A stretch of 61,114 nucleotides of DNA from a virus (Duplodnaviria; Caudoviricetes): IMG/VR virus record IMGVR_UViG_3300044691_000260, positions 1 through 61,114 of that record. One strand, given 5' to 3'. A program made the position numbers and the translations under genes. This document shows, piece after piece, positions 30,642 through 39,851 of the stretch. Below the pieces are notes generated by a model, which had not been told where the DNA came from, ran no database searches, and saw only the letters and a program-made list of their open reading frames with translations. Numbering within the stretch: position 1 is the stretch's first letter; each line of letters starts with the position of its first letter.

Positions 30642-31572
30642 CTTCCGCAAGGCCCGGCAGGAGGCCGCCGATCAGCGAGCCCGCGCTGACCAAGCGGAAG
30701 CCAAGGTCGACAAGATGAAGGACGCGGTCATCGCCATCTACACCCACGAGAACAAGTACAAGACGTGGCCGGTGGAAGTGGTCGATCTTGTCCAAGACCT
30801 GTGGGATGCGACGCACGGGCGGGAGCTGCCCCGTGGATGAGTTGGTTGCTTTCCTCAAGGACCGGCTGCAAGAGCTGGAAGCGGAGTCTGAGGTAATCCA
30901 CGACCGGGAATGCGACAGCTGCCCCTCATGCTGCTACCTACCCGGCCCGTGCGTCTGCGGTGTGCCTGTTCGGGTGCTGGCTGACGTAGCCAGCAAGCGG
31001 CAGATCCTCAACGGGCCTCACTCGGGTGGCGGCCCGGATCACCACGACGAGTGGGCGCATACCGTCCGTCTCCTCGCTCTGCCCTACCAGTCCCATTCCC
31101 TGTACCAAGAGAGCTGGAAACCAGCATGACCGAGACTGGCTTGCCAGAGACCTTGCCGCCGGGGGACTGGTCCTGGCTCTTCGGAAGACCCCGAGTCGCC
31201 GGGCCGCCACCATTCACCGTGCGCCTGGCTGGCCCGTCCGTGCCGGGCTTCAGCGGTATCACGATCCATCAGAAGCCCGGCAAGGTCCCGCCGTGCCTCG
31301 CCGGTCCGAACTGGGCAAAAGGTGCCTCGTGATCACTCCTCCGTTGCGTCGGGGTACCGCAGCGAAGCTAGGACTACGACCCCCACGCCGCGTCCGAGTC
31401 GCCTCCTGACGACCAAACGCCACCTGACCGAGCAAGAGGCCGAGGAACTGAAGGCGCGCTGGCTGAAGGCGATGGAGAGTCCACGAATCGAGGTGCTTCA
31501 CGACCCGCCGACCGACACGAAGTGGATCAAGTTCGAGCCCGTTCGTCGCCCATGGTGGAAGAGGAGAACAGC

Positions 31573-32004
31573 ATGATCTTGGCCGGTTACGAGTTCAGTG
31601 AGCCCTCGTACGACGGAATCGGAGGGGAGGTCAACGTGGGCAGTAGTTCGGGCATGGACGTGACCAAAGCGAACCTGGCGACCATACGGATGCTTGTCGA
31701 CGGAGGCGCGGTCATTGTCCCGGTGACGGCCTACGACCCACCAAGGCTCTCCGTGCAGGTCCTCGGCTACGAAATGCGGCTTCCGGTTCCACCCGTGACC
31801 GTGGGGCAGACACACCTCGTGGGCATCACCGACAACGAGTTCATGTGCCTCCGAGGCTACCGAAGGCCCGTCCCGGGGTTCACTGCCTTCGCGGAAGTGC
31901 ACGTCAGGGCGGGTCAAGCGTCCGTGTTGGACTCGGACATCACGCCCGTGACACGCCGTGACGACCCCGACGTTGCCGATCGTGCCTGGCGTGTGAGATA
32001 TTGA
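31573..32004 (+). CDS. Hypothetical protein
   Basis: aggag SD, coupled. Confidence 0.55.
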   Translation: MILAGYEFSEPSYDGIGGEVNVGSSSGMDVTKANLATIRMLVDGGAVIVPVTAYDPPRLSVQVLGYEMRLPVPPVTVGQTHLVGITDNEFMCLRGYRRPVPGFTAFAEVHVRAGQASVLDSDITPVTRRDDPDVADRAWRVRY

Positions 32005-32056
32005 CCTCTAGATCATAAGACCGCTGGCTCCAAGGGCGGTCACACAGAGTCCCCGA

Positions 32057-32093
32057 CGAAGCCCCGACCAGGCTGCAACTGGCCGGGGCTTCT
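32057..32093 (+). terminator. Hairpin terminator at the early/late boundary
   Basis: gaagccccg...cggggcttc stem in an intergenic gap. Confidence 0.55.
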
Positions 32094-32649
32094 CGCGTAC
32101 CTGAACTCTCTGACCTGCGGGAAGTCTCGTCTGCTCGCCCTACGTGACACGCAACCTAGGTTGACACTTGGGAGGTCGTCGTGACTTCACCCATCATCGC
32201 CACCGACACCATCGTTGCTCAGGCTCAGCGGGACCTCGACGCCGCCAATCGCCTGATCGACAGAGCCCTCGACCTCCGCAACCGGTCGGCCTTCAACTCG
32301 CAGTGGTCCCTTCGCATGAAGGCCCTGCGGACGCTCGCGGCTGATGAGCGTGCCCGCGAGAACTGGCCGTGAACGGCTTCCACGGCGTCGAACTGCCCTT
32401 CTGCGGCGACCTAGCCGCCATGCTCCACACACCTCCGGGAGAGGCCGCTATGACGCAACGCTGGCCCCTCGAGGACGACGACGACGAACCACGCGGCTAC
32501 GTCAACGGTGGATGGCTCCAGCCGGCGAGCACGGTCGCGTTCTCCGCTGCTGGCGCCCCTGAGGTTGTGTGGACAGCTGAAGAGTCAGCGCGGCTGGCGG
32601 AGCACCTCAAGCGCGAGAACGGGCGCCCTGAGTTCGACGAGGGCTAGCG

Positions 32650-33021
32650 ATGACGGTCACCGAGTCGGCGGGAGAGTCGGCCAGCGCGGGCCGTTCGGGC
32701 AGCGTATGGCGCGCGGTGGCTCAACGGGTCTACACCGAAGAGGACTACTGCTGGCTCTGTGGTGAGTTCGTCGACCAGCGGCTCTACTCGACCCACCCGA
32801 AGTCACGAAGCGCGGATCACTTGGTCCAGAAGCAGCATGGCGGCCCGCGGAATGACCGAGCCAACTGCCGCCTCGCGCACTTCGGCTGCAACTCCGGCCG
32901 CTCCAATGCCCTCCGCGGCCTCCCAGTCGACGCGTGTGCCTGCTCCGTCGGGTACCCGTGCGCGAGGCTCAACCCCAACCAGCCACGCGGATACGTCGAA
33001 CTGGACCCCGCGTCGATCTGA
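32650..33021 (+). CDS. HNH endonuclease (packaging-associated)
   Basis: CWLCG...SADH...HGG...NCRLAHFGCNS. Confidence 0.85.
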   Translation: MTVTESAGESASAGRSGSVWRAVAQRVYTEEDYCWLCGEFVDQRLYSTHPKSRSADHLVQKQHGGPRNDRANCRLAHFGCNSGRSNALRGLPVDACACSVGYPCARLNPNQPRGYVELDPASI

Positions 33022-33181
33022 ATGGCGGCCCGATGAGTCGGTACCCGATCGTCTGGCTTCTCGACGTCGTGTTCAGCGCTTGGCACAAGCTGCCTGGCGT
33101 CCACCACTGCCCGTGGTGCCGAGCGTCGAACCTCTGACCAACCAAACACCCAACCGAACAACTAACCAACCGGAGAACGCC

Positions 33182-33580
33182 ATGACCGAAACCAAGTCAG
33201 CCCCGCCGATGCAGCGCTTCGAAGTCTCCATCCTCGGAGAACTCATGGACATCGACGCTGCCTACTACGCCCTGAACCCGGGTGGTGACCTGATCGAGTT
33301 CAAGGACTCGAACCACAAGATCGTCCTCACCGTTCAGAAGGCCAGCCTGTCGTACGTGCTGAAGCTCCCGAACCTCGCGTCCGAGGACAAGGCAGCGATC
33401 TTGCGGGACAACCGGGTCCATGCCGCCCGGAACCAGATCGACGCAGTGCGAACCCAAGCGATGCAGGCCGCCGAACACTTCGCCCGCGAGGAAGCGACCG
33501 CGAACGCCGAACTGGTGGTCGCGCTGCAGGACCAGGACCAGGGCGCCGCTGCCATCTACGCGAACGGCGGCCCAGTGTGA
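33182..33580 (+). CDS. Hypothetical protein
   Basis: ggag SD, high GC3. Confidence 0.6.
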   Translation: MTETKSAPPMQRFEVSILGELMDIDAAYYALNPGGDLIEFKDSNHKIVLTVQKASLSYVLKLPNLASEDKAAILRDNRVHAARNQIDAVRTQAMQAAEHFAREEATANAELVVALQDQDQGAAAIYANGGPV

Positions 33581-34240
33581 GTACCTTCGCGATCCTGGTC
33601 CGCTTCGACGTACCCGACGACATGGCGTTCGAAGACGCCGCGGTGCCCGCCATGGACGCGCTCAGAACCCTCTCGCCGCTGCCCGCGACCAACGTGACCG
33701 CCTTCGCTCTCGGCGCCGCTGAGGCGATCCTCGCGGCAGGCGGGATGGGCTCGCACCCCGACCGCCTACTCAATGACACCGGTGACGGCCCGCTGTACCC
33801 GTGCCGAGAAGCGCCCGGCCGCGACTGCCCGCCGAGCTACAACGGCGTGTGCGGCGACCGGCTCTGCGCCCGGTTCGAGTCCGACGACGAAAGCGTGTGG
33901 CGATCGTGTGGCGCCTGGAGCAGTTCCTCCCAGGGCAGCACCCGGCAGCGTGGACAGCATCACACGTCCTCATCGGGCGGCTGCCTCACCGTCCTACTCG
34001 GATGGCTGATCGTCCACCTGGTGTGGGGACTGTGGCGCTGACACAGTGCATGTCCTGGCAAGAGCACTACCGCGAAGCTGAGCGCCTACTCGCCGGCGTG
34101 CACGACGCCTTCGGCAAGCGCGACCTGAACGACGGCGACCGCATCATCGTCGAGATGGCCAGGGTCCATGCGTTGCTGGCCACGGTGCGGGTTGAACCGC
34201 AAATCACAGACCACATGCTTACCCAGTGAAGGACACCCCC

Positions 34241-34399
34241 TTGCTCACGCTCGACGCACCCCAGCAGACCACCGTCCGCGACCTCGACAGCGAGCCGCTC
34301 GGCTGCCCGCTGGTCAGCGAGGACCTGATCTGCCCGATGACAGGTAATGGCAGCTGCCCGACTGACCCTGCACGTCAGGCCAAGTGCCCGTCCTGCTGA
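34241..34399 (+). CDS. 52-aa Cys-rich peptide
   Basis: aagga SD + TTG; MLTLDAPQQ...CPLVSEDLICPMTGNGSCPTDPARQAKCPSC*; below the ORF-track cutoff. Confidence 0.6.
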   Translation: MLTLDAPQQTTVRDLDSEPLGCPLVSEDLICPMTGNGSCPTDPARQAKCPSC

Positions 34400-34415
34400 C
34401 CTGAGGAGACCGAGC

Positions 34416-34777
34416 GTGCGCTACTTCTACGACACCGAGTTCCTCGAAGACGGCAAGACCATCGAACTGATCAGCATCGGCATCGTGTGCGAAGACGGCT
34501 GTGGGCCGACTACTCGGCCTACGACCACGTCGCCCTGTGCCAGCTCTGGGGCACGATGATGGACCTCCCAGACGGCATGCCCATGTGGACCCACGACCTC
34601 GAACAACTGTGGGTCAACGCAGGTAGGCCCACCAAGCCGGAGCAGGCAGAGGGCCAGCACAACGCACTCGAAGACGCGCGCTGGAACGCCAAGCTGTACG
34701 CCGCCTGCACGCCGCCTAAGCCTGTGTCGCTCAGCATCGCGGAGATGGCAGCACGCGGCATGTGGCCACTGGCCTGA
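34416..34777 (+). pseudogene. 3'-5' exoribonuclease (DEDDh, Rv2179c/RNase AS-like) with internal deletion and frameshift
   Basis: RYFYDTEFLEDGKTIELISIG in one frame; LWADYSAYDHV...HNALEDARW in another; junction near 34498. Confidence 0.75.
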
Positions 34778-34780
34778 CCC

Positions 34781-35284
34781 ATGCGTCTGGTCTTCCTCTG
34801 TGGTCCACCGTGTAGCGGCAAGACCACCATGGCCCACACCCTGGCGGTGCTTGAGCGTGGTGATGTGGTGATCGACTACGACGACATAGCCCGCGACCTC
34901 GGCTCACCTGACCGGTGGCAGCACGTGGAGCCATGGCGCACACAGGCAGAGCAGGAGATGCAGCACGCCATCACCCGCGCACACCACACGACCAGCACGG
35001 GCACGGCATGGGTCATCCGCACAGCACCACGACCAGCACACCGTCAGCGCCTCGCACAGACCTACAAGGCCCCGGTGTACCTGCTTGACCCAGGCGAGCC
35101 ACTGTGCCGGCAGAGGGCAGCACAGGCAGGCAGACCAAGCGGCACACGCAAGACCATAGGCACCTGGTACCACCGCTACACACCATGGAGTGGTGACCGT
35201 GACCCGACCGAGCTCGACCAGTCATGGGTGGGTGTCAACAAGGTGCACCGTGGGGTGGTTGATCTCGACCCATGGTCAAACTGA
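34781..35284 (+). CDS. P-loop AAA/kinase-like protein
   Basis: GPPCSGKTT Walker A, VVIDYD. Confidence 0.8.
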   Translation: MRLVFLCGPPCSGKTTMAHTLAVLERGDVVIDYDDIARDLGSPDRWQHVEPWRTQAEQEMQHAITRAHHTTSTGTAWVIRTAPRPAHRQRLAQTYKAPVYLLDPGEPLCRQRAAQAGRPSGTRKTIGTWYHRYTPWSGDRDPTELDQSWVGVNKVHRGVVDLDPWSN

Positions 35285-35460
35285 CGTTTCCGCAGGTCAG
35301 AGCCACGTAGAAAAGATCATGAGAAAGTTTGACCCGATGGGTTGACATATCGAAGTTGATCAGATGTTGATCACCGAAGATCTTTTTAAGATCCACTACG
35401 GTGACCCCGCTCCCACGCCTCCCTGGAAATCTCCCCCCGCGGTGCTGATGGAGGTTCGTC
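35285..35460. other. Probable cos/packaging region
   Basis: AT-rich gap with repeated TTGA units directly upstream of the terminase small subunit in an HNH + HK97-type packaging module. Confidence 0.5.
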
Positions 35461-35991
35461 ATGGGTGATGCGAAGGCCAATGAGCGTGCTCGACGGTACC
35501 GCAGGCACAGGTCAGGTGACCATTCTCTGTGTTTGATCGGGAACTGCAAGGTCGTCACGGCTGAGTCCGTGACGGATGCCGTGACGGCTGAGTTGCCCGT
35601 GACGGCGTCACGTGACCGTGTCGAGGTGTGTGGGCTCGCTGAGCGTGGTCAGGGCCTGTGGGACGCCATGACGGCCTCGTGGGCGCCCTCTCCGATCCTC
35701 CGTGAGCAACTACTCGAGCTGTGTCGCATGGCGGACCGGTTGGAGAAGTTGGACCGGCAGTTGAAGGGCGAGGACTGGCTCCGGTTCTGGGCGCGGAACG
35801 ACGACGGCACTGAGGTCACGGTGTTCGTCGACAAGGTGCTGTCCGAAGCGCGTGAGCTCGCTACCGCGTTTCGGGTGCTTGGTGCTGACCTCGTTAAGGC
35901 CGCCGGCGCGGTCAAGCCTCCGGTGAAGGGTGGTGGAGCTCTTGCCTCCGTCACCAGGCTCCTTGACGCTAAGCGACCGGCCGCGGGTTGA
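35461..35991 (+). CDS. Terminase small subunit
   Basis: Position; RGQGLW...LLELCRMADRLEKL...EARE helical pattern. Confidence 0.75.
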   Translation: MGDAKANERARRYRRHRSGDHSLCLIGNCKVVTAESVTDAVTAELPVTASRDRVEVCGLAERGQGLWDAMTASWAPSPILREQLLELCRMADRLEKLDRQLKGEDWLRFWARNDDGTEVTVFVDKVLSEARELATAFRVLGADLVKAAGAVKPPVKGGGALASVTRLLDAKRPAAG

Positions 35992-37453
35992 GGTTGGACC
36001 TCAGTACGTCTCGAGTTACGGCGTCGCCGCGGTTGAGGTCGCGCGTCTCGGCGGGTTGATTCTCGACCGGTGGCAGTGCGATTCGCTTGAGCTGATGCTG
36101 TCCGTCCGGGCGGATGGGAAGTGGGCGTGTTTCGAGTTCGCTGAGATCGTGTCCCGGCAGAACGGTAAGGGCTCGATTCTTGAGGCCCGGGTGCTGGTGG
36201 GGCTGTTGATCCTCGGTGAGCAGCTGATCATGTGGTCGGCGCATGAGTACAAGACCGCGATGGAGGCGTTCCGGCGGGTCCGGACGTTGCTGTGGGCGAT
36301 GGGGGAGAAGCTCGGGGACAACCTCGTCGAGGTCGACGGGATCCAGATCAAGATCTCCAACACCAACGGTGAAGAGTCGTTCGAGCGGTTGGACACTGGG
36401 GCGCGGATCAAGTTCATCGCCCGGTCCAAGGGGTCGGGCCGTGGGTTCTCGGGTGACTGCAACATCGTCGATGAGACGTTCGCGTACACCGATGACCAGC
36501 ATTCGGCGCTGATGCCGACAATGTCGGCCCGCCCGAACCCGCAGATCATCTACACATCGTCCCCGCCGCTGACGGGGGACACCGGGGAGATCCTGTTCCG
36601 CCTCCGTGCCCGCGCCGAGAAGGGCAACAGCACCCGGCTCGGCTACCGGGACTGGGGGCTCGAGGGCACAGCGAACGAGCTGAAAGAGATCGACCTCGAC
36701 AGCCGTGATCTGTGGGCCCGCTCCAACCCGGCGTACAAGATCCGGATCGTTGAGGAGTTCGTCCAGTCGGAGCGGGAATCGATGTCGGACGAGAAGTTCG
36801 CCATCGAACGGCTCGGTTTGTGGCCGAAAGAGCTCTCCGGTGGCAACGCGATCGACCCCGGCGACTGGTTGGCGACCCTGGACGCCACTTCGTCGTTCGT
36901 GGGTGACATCGCGATCGGTGTGGACATCTCCCCGAAGCGGGACTACGCCGCGGTCGCGATCTGGGGGCTCCGCGAAGACGGGTTGGGCCACGGACAGATC
37001 GTCACCTACAAGCCAGGTGTCGATTGGCTGCTGGGTAGCGCGTTGGAGTGGCGGACCGCGAAGAACCCCGTCGGGGTCGGAATGGGCCGCACAACCCACG
37101 CCTCGCTCGAAGCGGAGCTTGAAAAGGCCGATGTGCGCCGGCCAGACAAGGCCGACGAGCCTTGCTACGGGGATCTCGCGGTGCTGAACGCCACGGAGAT
37201 GACCGCGGCCACCGGGCAGATCTTGGACGCGATCAAGTACGCGACGTTCCGGCAGATCGGTCAGCGCGAGCTTGACGCGTCGGTTGCCGGGTCGAAGACG
37301 AAAGAAACCAACGAGGCGACCGTGCTGGTCCGCAAGGATCTCGACTCGGACACGTCACCGCTGGCGGCGCTGATGATCGCGCGCTACGTGTACGAAACGC
37401 GGGCGCATCTCGTGCAGAACGCCAATTATGACGTACTTGATTCTGTTTTCTGA
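35930..37453 (+). CDS. Terminase large subunit
   Basis: SRQNGKG Walker A, GRGFSGD..VDE Walker B, IGVDISP nuclease; exact start uncertain. Confidence 0.93.
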   Translation: MVELLPPSPGSLTLSDRPRVEVGPQYVSSYGVAAVEVARLGGLILDRWQCDSLELMLSVRADGKWACFEFAEIVSRQNGKGSILEARVLVGLLILGEQLIMWSAHEYKTAMEAFRRVRTLLWAMGEKLGDNLVEVDGIQIKISNTNGEESFERLDTGARIKFIARSKGSGRGFSGDCNIVDETFAYTDDQHSALMPTMSARPNPQIIYTSSPPLTGDTGEILFRLRARAEKGNSTRLGYRDWGLEGTANELKEIDLDSRDLWARSNPAYKIRIVEEFVQSERESMSDEKFAIERLGLWPKELSGGNAIDPGDWLATLDATSSFVGDIAIGVDISPKRDYAAVAIWGLREDGLGHGQIVTYKPGVDWLLGSALEWRTAKNPVGVGMGRTTHASLEAELEKADVRRPDKADEPCYGDLAVLNATEMTAATGQILDAIKYATFRQIGQRELDASVAGSKTKETNEATVLVRKDLDSDTSPLAALMIARYVYETRAHLVQNANYDVLDSVF

Positions 37454-37471
37454 AGGGTATCGGTGTAACTG

Positions 37472-37654
37472 GTGAACGAGTTGCTGATCACCCTGCTCGA
37501 AGTCGTTGGGCTGCTGTTGTTGGCGGCCGGCGCGATCCTCGGTTTGCTGCCGGTCATTGGTGGGGCGGCGTTCGCTGTCGGTGGTGTTGTTGTCCTTGCC
37601 GGTGCGGCGTTCGCGAATCGTCCAGAGAAGAATCCGAAGCCTGAGGGGCGGTAG
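37472..37654 (+). CDS. Small two-TM membrane protein
   Basis: Hydrophobic 60-aa ORF between terminase and portal. Confidence 0.7.
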   Translation: MNELLITLLEVVGLLLLAAGAILGLLPVIGGAAFAVGGVVVLAGAAFANRPEKNPKPEGR

Positions 37655-37657
37655 TCC

Positions 37658-38851
37658 ATGACGCTCTTCAGTCGGCAGCAGCGTGGTCTGTCCATCCCCG
37701 CGGAGGCGTATGTGCAGCCTCGTTCGATGGGGCGGCCGGGTATTCCGGCGGTGACGTCGGATACGGCGATGCGGCACTCCGCGGTGTGGGCGTGTCTGCG
37801 TCTGCGGGCGAATCTGGTGTCGACGATGCCGGTGGATGTGTTCCGCCGGGTGAATGGGCAGCAGATCGAGGTTCCGAAGCCGCCGATCCTCGTCAACCCC
37901 GGCGGGGAGCGGGTGGACATCCAGGAGTGGCTGTACTCGTCGCAGGTGGACTTGGACCGCGCCGGGAACGCGTTCGGTTTGATCACCGAGCGGGACGGCG
38001 TGAACATGCCGCGGCGGATCGACCTGCAGCCGGTGAATGAGTGCTCCTACGTCATCCAGAACGGCAAGGAGTGGTACCGGATCTCGGGTGTGCTGTACGA
38101 CCCGAAGGATGTGTGGCACGAACGCCAGTACACGGTGTCCGGGCTGCCTGTGGGTCTTTCACCGGTGGCGTACGCCGCGTGGTCCATCTCGGAGTACTTG
38201 TCCATCCAGGATTTCGCGTTGGACTGGTTCGGTAACGGTGGTGTGCCGCTGGCGCACCTGAAGAACAACGCGAAGGTCATCGAGCCCGACGCGGCAGCGA
38301 AGATCAAGGAACGGTTCAAGGCTTCAGTCCAGGCCGGTGACGTGTTCGTCTCCGGTAACGACTGGGAGTACAACATGATCCAGGCGCAGCAGGCCGGGTC
38401 GTCGTGGCTTGAGGCGAAGCAGTATTCCATTGGGGACGTGGCGAGGTTCTTCGACTGCCCCGGTGACTTGATCGACGCTGCTGTGCAGTCGGGGAGCATC
38501 ACGTATGCGTCGATTTCGCAGCGGAACCTGCAGTTCCTGATCATGCACCTCGGTCCGGCGATCATCCGCCGCGAAGGGGCGCTTGGGCGGCTGCTGTCGA
38601 ACCCGCGGTACGTGAAGATGAACACCGATGCGTTGATGCGCCTGGACCCTTTGACCCGCGCGCAAATGATCAAGGAGCAGGTTGACTCTCGCTCGCTGAC
38701 GCCCGATGAGGCCCGCGAGCTCGACAACCGTGCCCCGTTGACTCAGGCCCAGACAGATCAGTTCCTCACTTTCTGGCCGCCTCGCGGTTCGACGGTGGAA
38801 GCGGGCAGTGGGCTCGTAACAGTCAAGCCCGCGGCCGGAAACGCGCCGTAA
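37658..38851 (+). CDS. HK97-family portal protein
   Basis: SAVWAC, GNAF, GLSPV, VARFF and TPDEARELDN motifs. Confidence 0.93.
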   Translation: MTLFSRQQRGLSIPAEAYVQPRSMGRPGIPAVTSDTAMRHSAVWACLRLRANLVSTMPVDVFRRVNGQQIEVPKPPILVNPGGERVDIQEWLYSSQVDLDRAGNAFGLITERDGVNMPRRIDLQPVNECSYVIQNGKEWYRISGVLYDPKDVWHERQYTVSGLPVGLSPVAYAAWSISEYLSIQDFALDWFGNGGVPLAHLKNNAKVIEPDAAAKIKERFKASVQAGDVFVSGNDWEYNMIQAQQAGSSWLEAKQYSIGDVARFFDCPGDLIDAAVQSGSITYASISQRNLQFLIMHLGPAIIRREGALGRLLSNPRYVKMNTDALMRLDPLTRAQMIKEQVDSRSLTPDEARELDNRAPLTQAQTDQFLTFWPPRGSTVEAGSGLVTVKPAAGNAP

Positions 38852-39681
38852 TGGCCGAGCGAAGGAGTAATCAGGTGGATCCGAACGTGCTCCAGCGACG
38901 CGCCGCCGCGGCTGGCGAAAACCCCGGCGAGATCCCGTGTGGCGAGTGGCACCGGCAGCCGTTCTCAGCGCAGATGCGTGCGGAGACGGTGATCTGGAAT
39001 GGCGCCGAGAAGGTGAAGCTGTCCGGGAATGCGTCGGTCGTGGAGAAGGCGTACCGGATGTACGACATGTTCGGCGAGTACGACGAGATCGTCGACCAGG
39101 CTGCGTTCGCGAAAACCCTGTCTCGGAAGCCGGATGTGGCGTATCTGGTGAACCACGGTGGTGTCACCATGGCCCGCACGTCCGCTGGGTCGCTGATGCT
39201 GGCCGCGGACTCGCAGGGTCTGCAGACGGAGGCGTACGTCAACCCGAAACGGTCCGACGTTAACGATCTCCTCCTGGCGATCGAGGACCGTGACGTGACG
39301 GAGATGTCCTTCGCGTTCCGGATCATCGACGGCCAGTGGAACGACGACTACTCCGAATTCCGGATCCTCGAGATCGACCTGGACCGCGGTGACGTGTCCG
39401 CCGTCAACTACGGCGCCAACCCGTACACGTCGGTGGCCGCGAGGCAGACGGAGATCCTTAACGACCTCCAGCGACTCCCTTCCGGTGCCCAGCGGGCCGC
39501 GGTGGAGATGCTGCAGGAGTCGAGGGCCTCCCTCGAGCGCCCCGCGGTGGTCGTCGAGCAGGAAGCCGCGCCGGAGGTAGACACGCGCGCGGCCGTCGAG
39601 GTTGAGGCGCCCGTCGTGCCGGCTGGGCCGCAGGGTCGCTCGCTGGCGCTGATCACGGCGCTCCTCGAGTTGAAGGACTGA
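38851..39681 (+). CDS. HK97-family prohead protease
   Basis: LVNH, MSFAF and DVSAVNYGANP. Confidence 0.9.
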   Translation: MAERRSNQVDPNVLQRRAAAAGENPGEIPCGEWHRQPFSAQMRAETVIWNGAEKVKLSGNASVVEKAYRMYDMFGEYDEIVDQAAFAKTLSRKPDVAYLVNHGGVTMARTSAGSLMLAADSQGLQTEAYVNPKRSDVNDLLLAIEDRDVTEMSFAFRIIDGQWNDDYSEFRILEIDLDRGDVSAVNYGANPYTSVAARQTEILNDLQRLPSGAQRAAVEMLQESRASLERPAVVVEQEAAPEVDTRAAVEVEAPVVPAGPQGRSLALITALLELKD

Positions 39682-39696
39682 CAAAAGGTTTCCAGC

Positions 39697-39793
39697 TAAG
39701 CCGACACTCAAATCGGTAAGCGCGGATTGGTTTCACCAGTAAGCCGACACTCAAATCGGTAACTGCCCCTCGCATGGACGGCACTCAGACCGG
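39697..39793 (+). repeat. Repeated hairpin motif upstream of the capsid gene
   Basis: taagccgacactcaaatcggtaa at 39697 and 39740; degenerate cggcactcagaccg near 39779. Confidence 0.85.
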
Positions 39794-39851
39794 GATCGCG
39801 AGGCCATCGCCCATTTCCCCCAGCAATGCCTACCGAAAGGGAGGTTTCGTC

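Noticed and set aside
39697-39762. Mini-CRISPR array
   Set aside because: Only two exact 23-bp copies with a 20-nt spacer that partly repeats the flank; no cas genes and no resemblance to repeats I recognise
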